The position numbers and the translations under genes are program-made. This document shows, piece after piece, positions 9,511-19,943 of a stretch of DNA of 55,032 nucleotides; within the stretch, counting starts at the first letter, position 1; every line of letters begins with the position of its first letter. Under the pieces are notes generated by a model that was given only the letters and a program-made list of their open reading frames with translations, did not search any database and was not told the origin of the DNA. The DNA is from an uncultured Candidatus Saccharibacteria bacterium (GTDB lineage: Bacteria; Patescibacteriota; Doudnabacteria; UBA920): the NCBI GenBank assembly GCA_964561085.1, contig CAZLNP010000002.1, positions 1-55,032 on the forward strand, written 5' to 3'.

Positions 9511-10842
9511 ATGGCAGGACTAAAGAAACAATTTGTATGCACTAATTGCGGCAACACCACGCCTAAATGGCAGGGTAGGTGCCCTCAGTGTGGAGAATGG
9601 AATACTCTGGCTGAACAGCTTGTTAAGGGTACTTCTGGTTCATCGTCAGCAGGGTTTAAACTTTCTAATTCTGGCTTATCAGGTCAGGTTCAACAGCTTT
9701 CTGAGGTCGTAGAACACTCTCAGAGCAGATTTATGTCTGGTCTAGGGGAATTCGATAATGTGCTTGGCGGGGGCTTAGTACAAGGCAGTTTGGTGCTTCT
9801 TGGCGGAGATCCAGGAATTGGTAAAAGTACTTTAGCCCTACAATTGGCTAGTAATATTAGTATTGGCAAAGAATCTGGCGGTAAAAGTGTTTTATATATA
9901 TCTGGCGAAGAATCAGCCCAGCAAATAAAAATGCGAGCTGCTCGTTTGGCAGCAGGTTCCGATATATCAGTAATGACCGAAACTGACCTTGATTTAGTAA
10001 TAGCCACCATTGCTAACGCTCAGCCGAATTTAGTTATTATCGATTCTATTCAAACTTTAAACTCTCAATCTGTGAATGGGGTAGTTGGTGGAGTCTCCCA
10101 ACTTTCTTATGCTACAAACGCTTTGATGCGTTTAGCAAAAGAAAACAACGTAGCAATTATTCTAATTGGTCATGTGACAAAAGAAGGAATGCTTGCTGGT
10201 CCAAAAACTATTGAGCATATGGTAGATGTAGTGCTATATCTTGAAGGTGATCGCTTCGGAGCCCTTCGCTTGCTTCGTAGCAGCAAGAACCGCTTTGGTA
10301 GTGTAGGCGAAGTAGGAATTTTTGAGATGCAGGAATCTGGTCTGGTAGAAGTGCCAAACCCATCTGCTATGTTTTTAGAACATCGCGATAAACCTCTGCC
10401 TGGCAGTTGTGTTACAGCGACCGTAGAAGGAAACAAAGTGTTGCTTATAGAAATCCAGGCGTTAACTAACACTACAACATTAAGTTACCCGAGGCGCGTG
10501 GCTTCTGGTTTCGATGCAAACCGTTTGCAATTGCTGTTAGCAATCATGCAAAAGTCTTTAGGAGTAAATTTGTCTAATCAAGATGTTTATGTAAACGTTG
10601 CTGGGGGATATAAAGTGCAAGAGCGCGCTGCGGATTTGCCAGTGGTGATGGCAATTTTATCTTCTTACTATGGAAAGGCCATCCCGGCTGGAACAATTGC
10701 TTTTGGTGAAGTTGGTTTGTTAGGAGAGGTGCGTGGTGTATCTCAACTTGAAAAACGTTCCAAAGAAGCAAAAAAACTTGGCTTCGACAAATTAGTGAGT
10801 TCTAAAGATACTAAGACTTTGAAAGACATTAAAGTAAAGTAG
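9511..10842 (+). CDS. radA: DNA repair protein RadA/Sms
   Basis: CxxC...CxxC zinc finger, GGDPGIGKST, KNRFG motif, Lon-like C-terminal domain. Confidence 0.97.
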   Translation: MAGLKKQFVCTNCGNTTPKWQGRCPQCGEWNTLAEQLVKGTSGSSSAGFKLSNSGLSGQVQQLSEVVEHSQSRFMSGLGEFDNVLGGGLVQGSLVLLGGDPGIGKSTLALQLASNISIGKESGGKSVLYISGEESAQQIKMRAARLAAGSDISVMTETDLDLVIATIANAQPNLVIIDSIQTLNSQSVNGVVGGVSQLSYATNALMRLAKENNVAIILIGHVTKEGMLAGPKTIEHMVDVVLYLEGDRFGALRLLRSSKNRFGSVGEVGIFEMQESGLVEVPNPSAMFLEHRDKPLPGSCVTATVEGNKVLLIEIQALTNTTTLSYPRRVASGFDANRLQLLLAIMQKSLGVNLSNQDVYVNVAGGYKVQERAADLPVVMAILSSYYGKAIPAGTIAFGEVGLLGEVRGVSQLEKRSKEAKKLGFDKLVSSKDTKTLKDIKVK

Positions 10843-10863
10843 TCAGGACTATTCTCCGCGCCG

Positions 10864-12957
10864 TCACTCAACGTGAATTTCTTCTAAATATTCTTCAGCT
10901 AAAGTCTTCAATTGTGAGGACTTTTTAATTTTTGGATCAGTTTCATGGATTTGCTCTGCAATATCACGTGCCGCAGTAAGAGCTTTAACAGTAATGAATT
11001 TAGGGAATCTAAACATAAATCCACTTTGTTCTTTTCCAAACAGGTCTCCAAAGCCCCGTTCTTCTAAGTCCATTTGCGCTAGAAGGAAGCCATCATTAGT
11101 TTTTGCCAGTGCGCTCAACCTTTTCGTATATTGCTGGCTATCTAGAGTGGTAAACAGGAAGCACTGACAATCAAAATCGTTTCGGCCGATTCTACCTCGA
11201 AGTTGATGCAACTGAGCTAGCCCAAATCTTTCGCTACCTTCTATGATCATTGCGGTAGCATTAGGAATATCTATTCCAATTTCGATTACAGATGTAGATA
11301 CTAGAATGTCTAATTGCCCTTCAGCAAATTCTCTCATGACCGACTCTTTTTCTACGCCCTTCATTTTTCCATATAACAAGCCGATGCGTAATTTGGGAAA
11401 AACTTCCTTTTGTAAACGAGCAAACTCTTTTTTCACTGATCTCACTTCGCTGGTTTCAGTGTCTTCAACTCTAGGTGTAACAATGAAAGCCTGATGGCCA
11501 GATTTAACTTCGTCCTTAATAAAGTCATAAGCCATTTGCCTTTTGCTTTCTGGAACCACTGTGGTGAGGACAGGTTTACGACCCGTTGGTACATGGTTTA
11601 GAGTAGAAACTTTCAAGTTAGCGTACAATGACATCGCTAAAGTTCTTGGGATAGGAGTTGCGGACATAGAGAGTAGGTGAGGGCGGGTTTGTTTTTTAGT
11701 CTCACTAAAAAGAAAACTTCTTTGACTGACTCCAAAGCGATGCTGTTCGTCGATTATAACTAAACCTAGTTTGTTAAATTCTGTTTTTCCTTGAAGAAGC
11801 GCGTGAGTCCCAATGCAAATTTTGATCTTTCCAGATTTAACCAGTTTTGCTAATTCAAGCTTGCTAACTTCCTTCCCATTTGTATTAGCAAAGGTTCTAG
11901 TAAGTAAAGCGATACCTTCGCCGGAACCCAATACATCTCTAAACGTATCGTAGTGTTGCTTGGCTAGAATTTCCGTAGGGGCGAGTAACGCTGTTTGTAG
12001 TTTAGATCCTGCAGTTTGTAATGCAGCTAAAATGGCCACGATTGTTTTTCCGCTGCCAACATCACCTTGCAAAAGCCTGTTCATCGGTGCGCCTGTTTCC
12101 ATATCTTGAAAAATGTCCCAGGCCGCTCGTTTCTGAGAAGGAGTTAAAGTGAATGGTAAAATTCCTAAGAACGTTTTAACTTGAGCAATGTTAGTTTTTA
12201 CATTTAAACCTTTTTCTTTGGCCTCTACATCTTTTCTGAGTAGAACCGCTAGCTGTTGCGGGAGGACATCATCAATTGCTACTCTATACCTCGCTAGTTC
12301 TATCTGCTCATCGGTGTCTGGAAAATGCAAAGTCTGTACAGCCTCTGCAATTGGCATAAGCTTCATCTTTTTGGAAATTGATTTGGGGATAAAATCATCT
12401 AGCTCATCTGCAGCTGGTAAACACTGTTTAATTAGTTTCCTCAGTGTCCTTAAAGGCACAAGGTCGCTACGACGGTATATGGGAACCAATCTACCTGTGT
12501 GCAGATTCTCTCCATCGAGTTTTGAAATCAATTCGTATGCTGGATTTGAAAGCTGTAATTGCTTGTAGCGAGTGACTTGGCCAGAAACAATTAATTCATC
12601 CCCAACATTGATTTGCTTAGCGATCCAAGTTTGATTAAACCAGACAAGCTTAATTGTTCCAGTGCCATCCTCGATTGTCGCTTCAGAGTATGCAACGCGG
12701 GCCCTAAAAAAGTTGTTGGCTTTAACGCTCTTCACTCGCCCTACTATTGTGACTACATCACCTTCCGCGGCTTGGCCAATATTTACCTTTGTCCGGTAGT
12801 CCATGTATCTAGTAGGGAAGTTGTATAGCAAATCGGCTACTGTAAACACTCCTAAAGTAGCGAAGGATTTAGTCAGCGCTTCTCCTACTGCTGGAAGATC
12901 TTTGACCTTAGTGCCGAGGTTTATGGAATTATTATCTAAAATTTCTGCTTTAGTCAT
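10864..12957 (-). CDS. recG: ATP-dependent DNA helicase RecG
   Basis: OB wedge domain, RLLQGDVGSGKT, DEQHRFG, SATPIPRT, QLHQLRGRIGR, DLEERG.G. Confidence 0.96.
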   Translation of the reverse strand: MTKAEILDNNSINLGTKVKDLPAVGEALTKSFATLGVFTVADLLYNFPTRYMDYRTKVNIGQAAEGDVVTIVGRVKSVKANNFFRARVAYSEATIEDGTGTIKLVWFNQTWIAKQINVGDELIVSGQVTRYKQLQLSNPAYELISKLDGENLHTGRLVPIYRRSDLVPLRTLRKLIKQCLPAADELDDFIPKSISKKMKLMPIAEAVQTLHFPDTDEQIELARYRVAIDDVLPQQLAVLLRKDVEAKEKGLNVKTNIAQVKTFLGILPFTLTPSQKRAAWDIFQDMETGAPMNRLLQGDVGSGKTIVAILAALQTAGSKLQTALLAPTEILAKQHYDTFRDVLGSGEGIALLTRTFANTNGKEVSKLELAKLVKSGKIKICIGTHALLQGKTEFNKLGLVIIDEQHRFGVSQRSFLFSETKKQTRPHLLSMSATPIPRTLAMSLYANLKVSTLNHVPTGRKPVLTTVVPESKRQMAYDFIKDEVKSGHQAFIVTPRVEDTETSEVRSVKKEFARLQKEVFPKLRIGLLYGKMKGVEKESVMREFAEGQLDILVSTSVIEIGIDIPNATAMIIEGSERFGLAQLHQLRGRIGRNDFDCQCFLFTTLDSQQYTKRLSALAKTNDGFLLAQMDLEERGFGDLFGKEQSGFMFRFPKFITVKALTAARDIAEQIHETDPKIKKSSQLKTLAEEYLEEIHVE

Positions 12958-12970
12958 TTCTGTATTAATT

Positions 12971-12998
12971 AAAAAGCCCGCGCTACAAGCGGGGCTTT
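12971..12998 (-). terminator. Probable intrinsic terminator after the 13007-13483 gene
   Basis: Minus strand AAAGCCC-CGCT-tgt-AGCG-c-GGGCTTTTT. Confidence 0.5.
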
Positions 12999-13006
12999 AG
13001 GGAACT

Positions 13007-13483
13007 TTAAAACTTTAGCTTGTGGGAAATTCTCTGCGCTATGGTTTCAGCTTGCTCTTCTTTCTCAGGTAACAGTTCAGAAAGAATCTCTTGCACCTCG
13101 TCTGAATCTTGATCTTCCAATTCTATAGACAGTTGATGGTTTAAATATGCAGTAGTCTCAATGTTCAACGTTTTATGGTTTGGATTATCAACAATCCAAT
13201 ACTGCTTGATATTGTTGAAGGGGATGGTGGTGTCATCTATGTGCAACCCTAGAGTGCTAATGCGAACGGTAACTATCCCTGGTCTGTGCAACGCAAATAT
13301 TCCAAAGAATATAGAAATTACCAAAACGCTAATTCCACCAAACCAATCCCTTTGGAATAGTTGGTAGAAAACTAGAATAGCAGCAATAATTATATAAGTG
13401 ATGAACCATGCTGCGTTTTTTGGGTAGTGCCTAAACTCTGGGGCACGCCATTCGATAATTGTCTCTGGAGCGTTTTTAGCCAT
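13007..13483 (-). CDS. Conserved hypothetical membrane protein (2 TM plus small soluble domain; DUF5673-like)
   Basis: WRAPEF...K...WF motif followed by two TM helices. Confidence 0.7.
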   Translation of the reverse strand: MAKNAPETIIEWRAPEFRHYPKNAAWFITYIIIAAILVFYQLFQRDWFGGISVLVISIFFGIFALHRPGIVTVRISTLGLHIDDTTIPFNNIKQYWIVDNPNHKTLNIETTAYLNHQLSIELEDQDSDEVQEILSELLPEKEEQAETIAQRISHKLKF

Positions 13484-13553
13484 TTGTTTTGTTTTTCAGC
13501 TTCCTCAAGCTTTATATCTATGATTGTATTATAACAGGTTTAAACTCACTATC

Positions 13554-13582
13554 AAAAAAGAACGACATTAGTCGTTCTTTTT
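13554..13582. terminator. Symmetric intrinsic terminator directly after tRNA-Ser(TGA)
   Basis: AAAAAAGAACGAC-atta-GTCGTTCTTTTT. Confidence 0.8.
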
Positions 13583-13671
<89 letters not shown>

Positions 13672-13714
13672 TCGTCGCAATGACTAGAGAATTATAGCAC
13701 TTTTTTTAAAAAAC

Positions 13715-13749
13715 AAAAACAGGCCATACTCTAGATAAGGCCTGTTTTT
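13715..13749. terminator. Bidirectional terminator-like hairpin after the anti-sigma gene
   Basis: AAAAACAGGCC...GGCCTGTTTTT. Confidence 0.65.
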
Positions 13750-13828
13750 TTGTAATTTCTGTTTCTGTCAGTACTATCGTTTCGGGGCAAGTGACCAGTA
13801 ATTTTACCGGTCGAATGTCCCAGAGCGA

Positions 13829-15019
13829 TTAAGGAGCATATTGCTGAGAGCTTGGCTCAGTGATGTAGCTGCCAGTCGCCTTGGTAGGTGTTTCTGGCTC
13901 AGTCACTGGGGGAGTTGTGTTAGTGTTGGTAGGTTCTACTGGTTTAACTATTGGCTTCACGATTGGTTTAATTGTACTATCACCTTTAACAGTGCCATCT
14001 TGAGAGCCTTCTGTTTCCGCTGCCACAAGAACTACTTGCTTTGCGACTAAAGTTCCATTCTCGATCCGTGTACCAATGACAGTTACTCGGCCATAGATAG
14101 TCTTCGCCGCAATTTCTGATGTTGGTATATCTAAACCATTAATCCCTGTGAAAGTAGTGTTATCGTTTATTGCGAATACATTCTTCTCAACAGTTATTCT
14201 AACTCCATTGTAGAAAGTGATATCTCCAGTCACAGAAACTTTATTTGGCAGGTCAGCCATAGTTTGATCGTTAACAGTAGCGATAATCTTAGCTAGAGTG
14301 ACATCATTCTTTTTGTTCTCTTCTAAGGCTGTGACTGCAACGATTTTAGCACTGTCGCTCTCGCTGCTTGTGCTTAGTTCAGCAAGAACATCTTTTTGCT
14401 GTTTGTTAATTGCGACAAGGTTTTCTAGAAGAGTGGAGTCTTGCTTAGAAATAGCGTTAGCTGTTGCAACTGGACCAGCTTCAGCAAAAGTTTTTTCTGT
14501 TTGAGATTTCAGTTCAGCAATGGCTAGCTTCTCGCTATTTTCATCACCTTCGTCAGCTGCTTTTTTAACTTCATCAATACGGTTTTGCATGAATTCAACG
14601 TGCAAGTCAGCAACTTTATCTTGGTCGCGAGTTAGGCTTAGGCGAGCTTGCTCGCTAGCGCGTTTTAAGCTGTATAGTTTTTGTCCAGGCAAACTTCCTT
14701 CAACGCCATTTGCAAACTTGTTACCACCAACAAGGACTATTACTAACACAATAGGAATAACAGCTACTCGGAAATATGCTAACCATTCTGTGAATCCTTT
14801 AGTAGCCGCTACTGTATCTGTAAATCGGTATGCTTTGTAAGGAGTAGGAGGAGTAATCTTCGGGATTGCCATACCCATTTGAGCAACAAAAAGCAGGCTA
14901 GTCAGCTCGTGCTGATAACCTTCATAATTTGCTGCAATAGCCTCAATGGATTCGCCATTCTGTAGGCGAGCTAAGGCTTGTGCAAATATTTCGTCTGGAA
15001 TTTGATTGTGGGTTGTCAT
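13829..15019 (-). CDS. Putative anti-sigma factor (single TM, DUF5667-like and DUF5666-like domains)
   Basis: Start overlaps the ECF stop (TAATG); TM at about aa 82-97; SLPGQKLYSLKRASEQARLSLT motif; OB-like C-terminal domain and Pro/Thr tail. Confidence 0.7.
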   Translation of the reverse strand: MTTHNQIPDEIFAQALARLQNGESIEAIAANYEGYQHELTSLLFVAQMGMAIPKITPPTPYKAYRFTDTVAATKGFTEWLAYFRVAVIPIVLVIVLVGGNKFANGVEGSLPGQKLYSLKRASEQARLSLTRDQDKVADLHVEFMQNRIDEVKKAADEGDENSEKLAIAELKSQTEKTFAEAGPVATANAISKQDSTLLENLVAINKQQKDVLAELSTSSESDSAKIVAVTALEENKKNDVTLAKIIATVNDQTMADLPNKVSVTGDITFYNGVRITVEKNVFAINDNTTFTGINGLDIPTSEIAAKTIYGRVTVIGTRIENGTLVAKQVVLVAAETEGSQDGTVKGDSTIKPIVKPIVKPVEPTNTNTTPPVTEPETPTKATGSYITEPSSQQYAP

Positions 15020-15621
15020 TATGGTTGGAGATTTGAGTTATTGCGCTCGGCAACTTCATCAATTAATTCTTTCAGCTTTGCAATTGCTCGGTGCTGGATT
15101 ACTCTAATTGCGCCTTCTGTCTTGTTCATCATTTCTGCGATGATATCGTTGTCTATATCTTCTAAGAATTTTAACTTGATGACTTGCTGTTGTTCCGGTG
15201 TAAGCTCTTTGAGAAGTTTGATGAATACTGTCTGCTCAGTTTTTAGATTCACTGTATCGACAAGATTCGTTTCATACTCTAAAGTGTTCTCAATTTCTTC
15301 GAGAGGGACTAGCTGTTTTTTCCGACGGTAGTAATCAATAACTTGGTTACGAGCTATCTGGAACAGCCAACCTTCGAATGCTCCGAGCTGCTCAAGATTT
15401 TTTAGTTTCTTAAACAACTTTACGAAAATATCTTCAGTTAGATCTTCAGCAGTTTCTTTGTGAGAAACTCGATAGAAAACAAATCGATAGATTCGTTCGA
15501 AGTAAGCATTATAAATTTGAGTTAAAGCAGCCTCAGAACCGGCTTGCGCCTGTCGGAGAATTTGCTCTAAATCTTTAAGAGCTTCTGGATTTATATTGTT
15601 GGAATGAGCTGTGTCATTCAT
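15019..15621 (-). CDS. ECF sigma-70 family RNA polymerase sigma factor
   Basis: Region 2 (IYRFVFYRV...AEDLTEDIF...WLFQIARN...D) and region 4 (LTPEQQQVIKLKF...EIAEMM...RVIQHRA-like); no regions 1 or 3. Confidence 0.93.
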   Translation of the reverse strand: MNDTAHSNNINPEALKDLEQILRQAQAGSEAALTQIYNAYFERIYRFVFYRVSHKETAEDLTEDIFVKLFKKLKNLEQLGAFEGWLFQIARNQVIDYYRRKKQLVPLEEIENTLEYETNLVDTVNLKTEQTVFIKLLKELTPEQQQVIKLKFLEDIDNDIIAEMMNKTEGAIRVIQHRAIAKLKELIDEVAERNNSNLQP

Positions 15622-15701
15622 ATAGACGGCAGTATTCTGGCTTTGTTACAGTTGATTTTAAAGGATTAAACAAGCCTAAAGTCTTTATATTGTAGCATAT
15701 T

Positions 15702-15721
15702 AAAAAAGCCCTTGCGGGCTT
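15702..15721 (-). terminator. Intrinsic terminator after tRNA-Ser(GCT)
   Basis: Minus strand AAGCCC-GCAA-GGGCTT-TTTT. Confidence 0.75.
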
Positions 15722-15736
15722 AATCCAATTTTTCTC

Positions 15737-15830
<94 letters not shown>

Positions 15831-15937
15831 ATATATTGGTCGTGGACTGGGTAAACCCATCCACTCCTAGTTCGTGTCGGCAAAGCCGCCACTCACTCAC
15901 TAAAGATATTCGTCTAAATTGACTCTTTAACTTATCT

Positions 15938-15966
15938 ATTTTAACGAAAAAAGTGGGTTTGGTCAA
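15938..15966 (-). promoter_or_regulatory. Sigma70 promoter for tRNA-Ser(GCT)
   Basis: TTGACC-17 nt-TAAAAT on the minus strand, about 100 nt upstream of the tRNA. Confidence 0.7.
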
Positions 15967-15979
15967 TTTAAGTATTTTC

Positions 15980-16738
15980 TTAGTCTTTTGCCAGAGTAAT
16001 GCATATGACTTGCTTGGCTCCATTTTGTTTGAGAACCTTTGATGCTTCCATGAGGGTTTGGCCAGTTGTACAAACGTCATCTATTAATATGACTTTTTCT
16101 GGAATTTCTTGAGTTGTTGTAAATGCGTTGCGCATGTTAATTTTGCGTTGTTCTGAGTTCAAATCTTTTTGAGTTTTAGTATTTTTCTTGCGAGTGAGTA
16201 AATCCACACGAGGGATGTGTAAGCTATGTTCAAATGCGCTAGCAATTAATTCAGATTGATTAAAACCACGCCAGCGTTTTTTAGCGGGATGAAGCGGTAG
16301 AGGACATATTACAAAATCTTTAAAGTGAGAAATTCCATAACTGTTTTTAATTTGTTCGGCAGCCATCATCCCTAATATGACAAAAGTCTCGGAGACAAAA
16401 TAGTATTTCCCGGTGATGATCATATCTGAGATGACTTGGTACTTATATGGAAAAGCACTAATTAGTTGGTCAGGTGCAAATTCCTTTCTGCAAGATGGAT
16501 GCGTTGTACCCTGAGAGCTGGGGAGATTGCAGCAAATGCAAAAACTTTGCGCGTTCATTGGCACTTGGGTGGCGCAGAAATTGCATAAGTATTTCCCGGC
16601 GCGTCTGCAGCCGAAGCAGTATTTTGGGTAGAATACGTCGGCTAGTATATTAAGACCGAATGAAAGTAGTTTAGGCATGCTTTCACTATACATATGGCCA
16701 GATAAAGTCCTGTTAAAGTCTAAAGAATCAGCCTGCAT
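15980..16738 (-). CDS. comF: ComF-family competence protein (zinc ribbon plus PRTase-like domain)
   Basis: CxxC zinc motifs, PLH...RGFNQS, ILIDDVCTTGQTL. Confidence 0.9.
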   Translation of the reverse strand: MQADSLDFNRTLSGHMYSESMPKLLSFGLNILADVFYPKYCFGCRRAGKYLCNFCATQVPMNAQSFCICCNLPSSQGTTHPSCRKEFAPDQLISAFPYKYQVISDMIITGKYYFVSETFVILGMMAAEQIKNSYGISHFKDFVICPLPLHPAKKRWRGFNQSELIASAFEHSLHIPRVDLLTRKKNTKTQKDLNSEQRKINMRNAFTTTQEIPEKVILIDDVCTTGQTLMEASKVLKQNGAKQVICITLAKD

Positions 16739-16834
16739 GGGCTAGTTGCATTTTTTATGTGTTTACTCTATATTATGCTTGTAGTATCTAATTTTTGTTA
16801 CTAAACTGCACAAGCTGCAGGAGGGAAAATAATT

Positions 16835-17209
16835 ATGGCAAATTTGAGTGGAAACTATGTGGAAGACCATCGGTTAATTGATGAGACATACTCATTAATA
16901 ATGAGAAGTCTTCGAAAGAAGAAATATCCAGATCTGTTGGCTATGGTTGGAAGGCGGGTGAAATTCGTGATACGGCGGAATGCTCCTAAGCCTGATTACA
17001 GAATTATTGCTGTTGAAGGAGTTTTATCTCCGTTCAGTCCTAGTAATAGCCCCCAGCATGACTTCGGTCTTTGCTTGAAGGCGGTTAAATACCATTTATT
17101 AGAAAACCGCTCGCACAACCTTCCGGATGAATATGACTTGCAGATCGACGCGGTCGAGTCATTCGAGGAAGTGACCGAAGAAGCGGCTGAAAGTGCGGCA
17201 TCCGGTTAA
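16835..17209 (+). CDS. Hypothetical protein, 124 aa
   Basis: AGGAGG 10 nt upstream; TTGCAT-17-TATATT promoter candidate at 16746-16774; terminator downstream. Confidence 0.65.
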   Translation: MANLSGNYVEDHRLIDETYSLIMRSLRKKKYPDLLAMVGRRVKFVIRRNAPKPDYRIIAVEGVLSPFSPSNSPQHDFGLCLKAVKYHLLENRSHNLPDEYDLQIDAVESFEEVTEEAAESAASG

Positions 17210-17244
17210 GCTCTTGTGATCTATAGATTGTCATCTGACAAAAC

Positions 17245-17282
17245 AAAAAGGCATCGGACGTAACAACGTTCAATGCCTTTTT
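17245..17282. terminator. Bidirectional terminator between convergent genes
   Basis: AAAAAGGCAT...ATGCCTTTTT with inner pairing. Confidence 0.7.
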
Positions 17283-17301
17283 TCTTTTGCTTTGTTTTAA
17301 A

Positions 17302-19869
17302 TTAAGCTGGGACCGCGATCTGAGCTTGTTCGACTTGGAAAGTAACTTCTTCACCTTTAATGTCTGCGGTAATTGTTGAGCCAACCATCGCTCCTGAGTT
17401 TGATTGTAGAATAATCTTCTCGGCTAAAGGATCACTTACAAAGTCTTGGATATTCTTACGAATGTATCTAGCACCTTGTAATGGATCGAAACTCTTTTCT
17501 GAAATAAACTTAATTAAAGCAGGAGTTGCTTTTAGAGTAATACCTTGTTGAACTAAACGTTTTTGGACATCACCAAAATTTATGGTGGTAATTTTGCGCA
17601 ACTGCTGCATTCCAAGAGGACGGAAGATTAGTACTTTATCTATGCGGTTAATGAACTCTGGACGAAGATCTCGCTTCAGCTGTTCCATTAAACCAACTTT
17701 AATTCGATCATAGTCGGCTTCTAGTTTCTCTTTTTGATCTGCTCGTTCTTCTCTATCTGCAAAACCAATTTTCTTAGCTTGAGCGTTTAGTTCTTGCATA
17801 CCTAAGTTAGAGGTCATAATTATGACCGTATTTGCAAAGTTTACACGCTTACCTTGAGCGTCTGTTAATTGGCCATCTTCTAATACTTGCAAGAGAATAT
17901 TGAATACATCTGGATGAGCTTTTTCAATTTCATCGAATAGTACAACAGAGTAAGGCTTGCGGCGAACTGCCTCTGTTAAGCGGCCACCATCTTCGTAGCC
18001 AACGTATCCAGCTGGTGCGCCAATTAAACGGGAAGTGTTGTGACGTTCCATGAACTCGGACATATCTACACGAATAAGTGCATCGGAATCTTCGAACACT
18101 TCTTGCGCGATCATCTTCGCAGTTTCTGTTTTACCAACGCCGGTTGGTCCGAGGAACATGAAAGAGCCAATTGGGCGTTGTGGGTCTGCTAAACCTGCGC
18201 GTGAGCGGCGAATAGTGCGAGCAATTTCCACAACTGCTTCATCTTGGCCAACTATGCGAGTTTTCAGAAGTTTTTCTAGGTTATTTAATTTGCCGATTTC
18301 AGTTTGAGCTAACTTCTTCAATGGAATTTTGGTCATTAAGGAAACCGTTGCTGCAATATCTTCTGCGGTAATGGAGTAGACTGGTTCGGTTTCTTCTTTT
18401 TCTTGAGATTCAAGAACCTTCTTTTGGTGCATCAACTTCTCTTCCTGGCTACGCAAATGTAGGGCAGTAGTAAAGTCTTGAGATAGCACGGCTTTGGTCT
18501 TTTCTTCTTCTAAGTCGCTGAGCTCATTCTCTACTTTCTTTCGGTTCTTTGCGATTTTAGAATTACCATGGATACTGCGAAGAGCAGCAGCTGTTTCGTC
18601 TACTAAGTCTACTGCTTTGTCTGGAAGGAAATGATCTTGAATGTAGCGGTCGGAAAGTTCGACGGCAGCTAAAATGGCTTCATCTGTAATGGTTACGCGA
18701 TGATGTTTCTCGTAGTTAGGGCGAAGACCTTTAAGAATCGCAATAGATTCTTCCTTGCTTGGCTCTTCTACTAAAATAGATTGGAAGCGACGTTCAAGCG
18801 CGGCATCATGTTCTATGTATTTCTTATATTCCGATAGGGTAGTAGCTCCGATTGTACGAATCTCCCCGCGTGCCAAAGCTGGTTTTAGAATGTTAGCGGC
18901 ATCTAGACTTCCTGAAGTAGCGCCTGCGCCTACCATTGTATGAAGTTCATCAATAAACAAGATTAGATCTGTATCAGCTTTAACTTCGTCTATGATTTGC
19001 TTCAAGCGGTTTTCGAATTCACCGCGGAACATAGAGCCTGCAACAACAAGTGCTAAGTCTAAGGAGAGAATTCTTTTATCTAATAAAATGTCTGGGACTT
19101 CGCGATTGGCAATTGCTAATGCAAGACCTTCAACGATGGCAGTTTTACCAACACCAGCCTCACCAATTAACACTGGATTATTTTTTGTGCGACGACCAAG
19201 AATGCTGACCAAGCGATCAATTTCTTTCTTACGACCAATCACTGGATCTATAGAACCTGTAGCTGCTTTTTTAGTTAAGTCAGTTGTATAGAATTCAAGC
19301 ACACTACCTTTGCGTCCATCTTGGCCGCCAGGCATTTGTTGATTATGTGGATGATCATGTGGGCCAATGTTGCCGTTGCCATTCATAGGGGATTCATTCG
19401 GCATTTCTGGGAACTTAGAAATGTTCTCAAACACCGCTACTAAGTTATGTTCAAGTTCGCCAATATCAATTCCAAGTTTGGAAAGAATGACTTTTGATTT
19501 ATTTGCTTGAGTTGTAAGTAATCCGTAAAGAAAATGCTCAGTACCAATAAACTGATATCCGTACTGGCTCGCTACTATTGCTGAACGCTCAATGGCTTGC
19601 TTTAAGTTTTCAGAAAGAATCGGCTTCCAGGTATCTGTTTCGCGATTCTTATTTACCAAAATAAGTTCAGCCTTTACTATTTCAGGGCTTATTTTAGCTT
19701 TGATTAAGATCTCTGCTGCAAAAGAGCTCTTCTCAGCCACAATACCGAACAACAAATGTTCAGTACCAATATGGTCATGATGAAGCTCTTCAGAAGCCAT
19801 TTGAGCCGCAATAAGGGCGTTTTTGGCTCTGCTAGAGAGACGTTCTAATATAAATGAGAAATTATCCAT
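17302..19869 (-). CDS. clpC: ATP-dependent Clp protease ATPase subunit ClpC
   Basis: Clp-N repeats, NBD1 [11 protein letters not shown]-like coiled coil, NBD2 [11 protein letters not shown] ClpP-docking loop (KKIGFAD). Confidence 0.9.
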   Translation of the reverse strand: MDNFSFILERLSSRAKNALIAAQMASEELHHDHIGTEHLLFGIVAEKSSFAAEILIKAKISPEIVKAELILVNKNRETDTWKPILSENLKQAIERSAIVASQYGYQFIGTEHFLYGLLTTQANKSKVILSKLGIDIGELEHNLVAVFENISKFPEMPNESPMNGNGNIGPHDHPHNQQMPGGQDGRKGSVLEFYTTDLTKKAATGSIDPVIGRKKEIDRLVSILGRRTKNNPVLIGEAGVGKTAIVEGLALAIANREVPDILLDKRILSLDLALVVAGSMFRGEFENRLKQIIDEVKADTDLILFIDELHTMVGAGATSGSLDAANILKPALARGEIRTIGATTLSEYKKYIEHDAALERRFQSILVEEPSKEESIAILKGLRPNYEKHHRVTITDEAILAAVELSDRYIQDHFLPDKAVDLVDETAAALRSIHGNSKIAKNRKKVENELSDLEEEKTKAVLSQDFTTALHLRSQEEKLMHQKKVLESQEKEETEPVYSITAEDIAATVSLMTKIPLKKLAQTEIGKLNNLEKLLKTRIVGQDEAVVEIARTIRRSRAGLADPQRPIGSFMFLGPTGVGKTETAKMIAQEVFEDSDALIRVDMSEFMERHNTSRLIGAPAGYVGYEDGGRLTEAVRRKPYSVVLFDEIEKAHPDVFNILLQVLEDGQLTDAQGKRVNFANTVIIMTSNLGMQELNAQAKKIGFADREERADQKEKLEADYDRIKVGLMEQLKRDLRPEFINRIDKVLIFRPLGMQQLRKITTINFGDVQKRLVQQGITLKATPALIKFISEKSFDPLQGARYIRKNIQDFVSDPLAEKIILQSNSGAMVGSTITADIKGEEVTFQVEQAQIAVPA

Positions 19870-19912
19870 AATAAGGTTGGGTTTGTATTAATTTGCTACT
19901 TCGGCAGTAGCT

Positions 19913-19939
19913 TTAGCACTCTCTTCCTGAGACTGCTAA
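19913..19939. promoter_or_regulatory. CIRCE operator (HrcA binding site) upstream of clpC
   Basis: TTAGCACTC-N9-GACTGCTAA, one mismatch to the consensus TTAGCACTC-N9-GAGTGCTAA. Confidence 0.85.
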
Positions 19940-19943
19940 TTTA

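Noticed and set aside
13784-13821. Imperfect hairpin downstream of the anti-sigma gene
   Set aside because: It lacks the GAG/CGA core and a U-run and is most simply a 3' UTR stem ahead of the 13715-13749 terminator.
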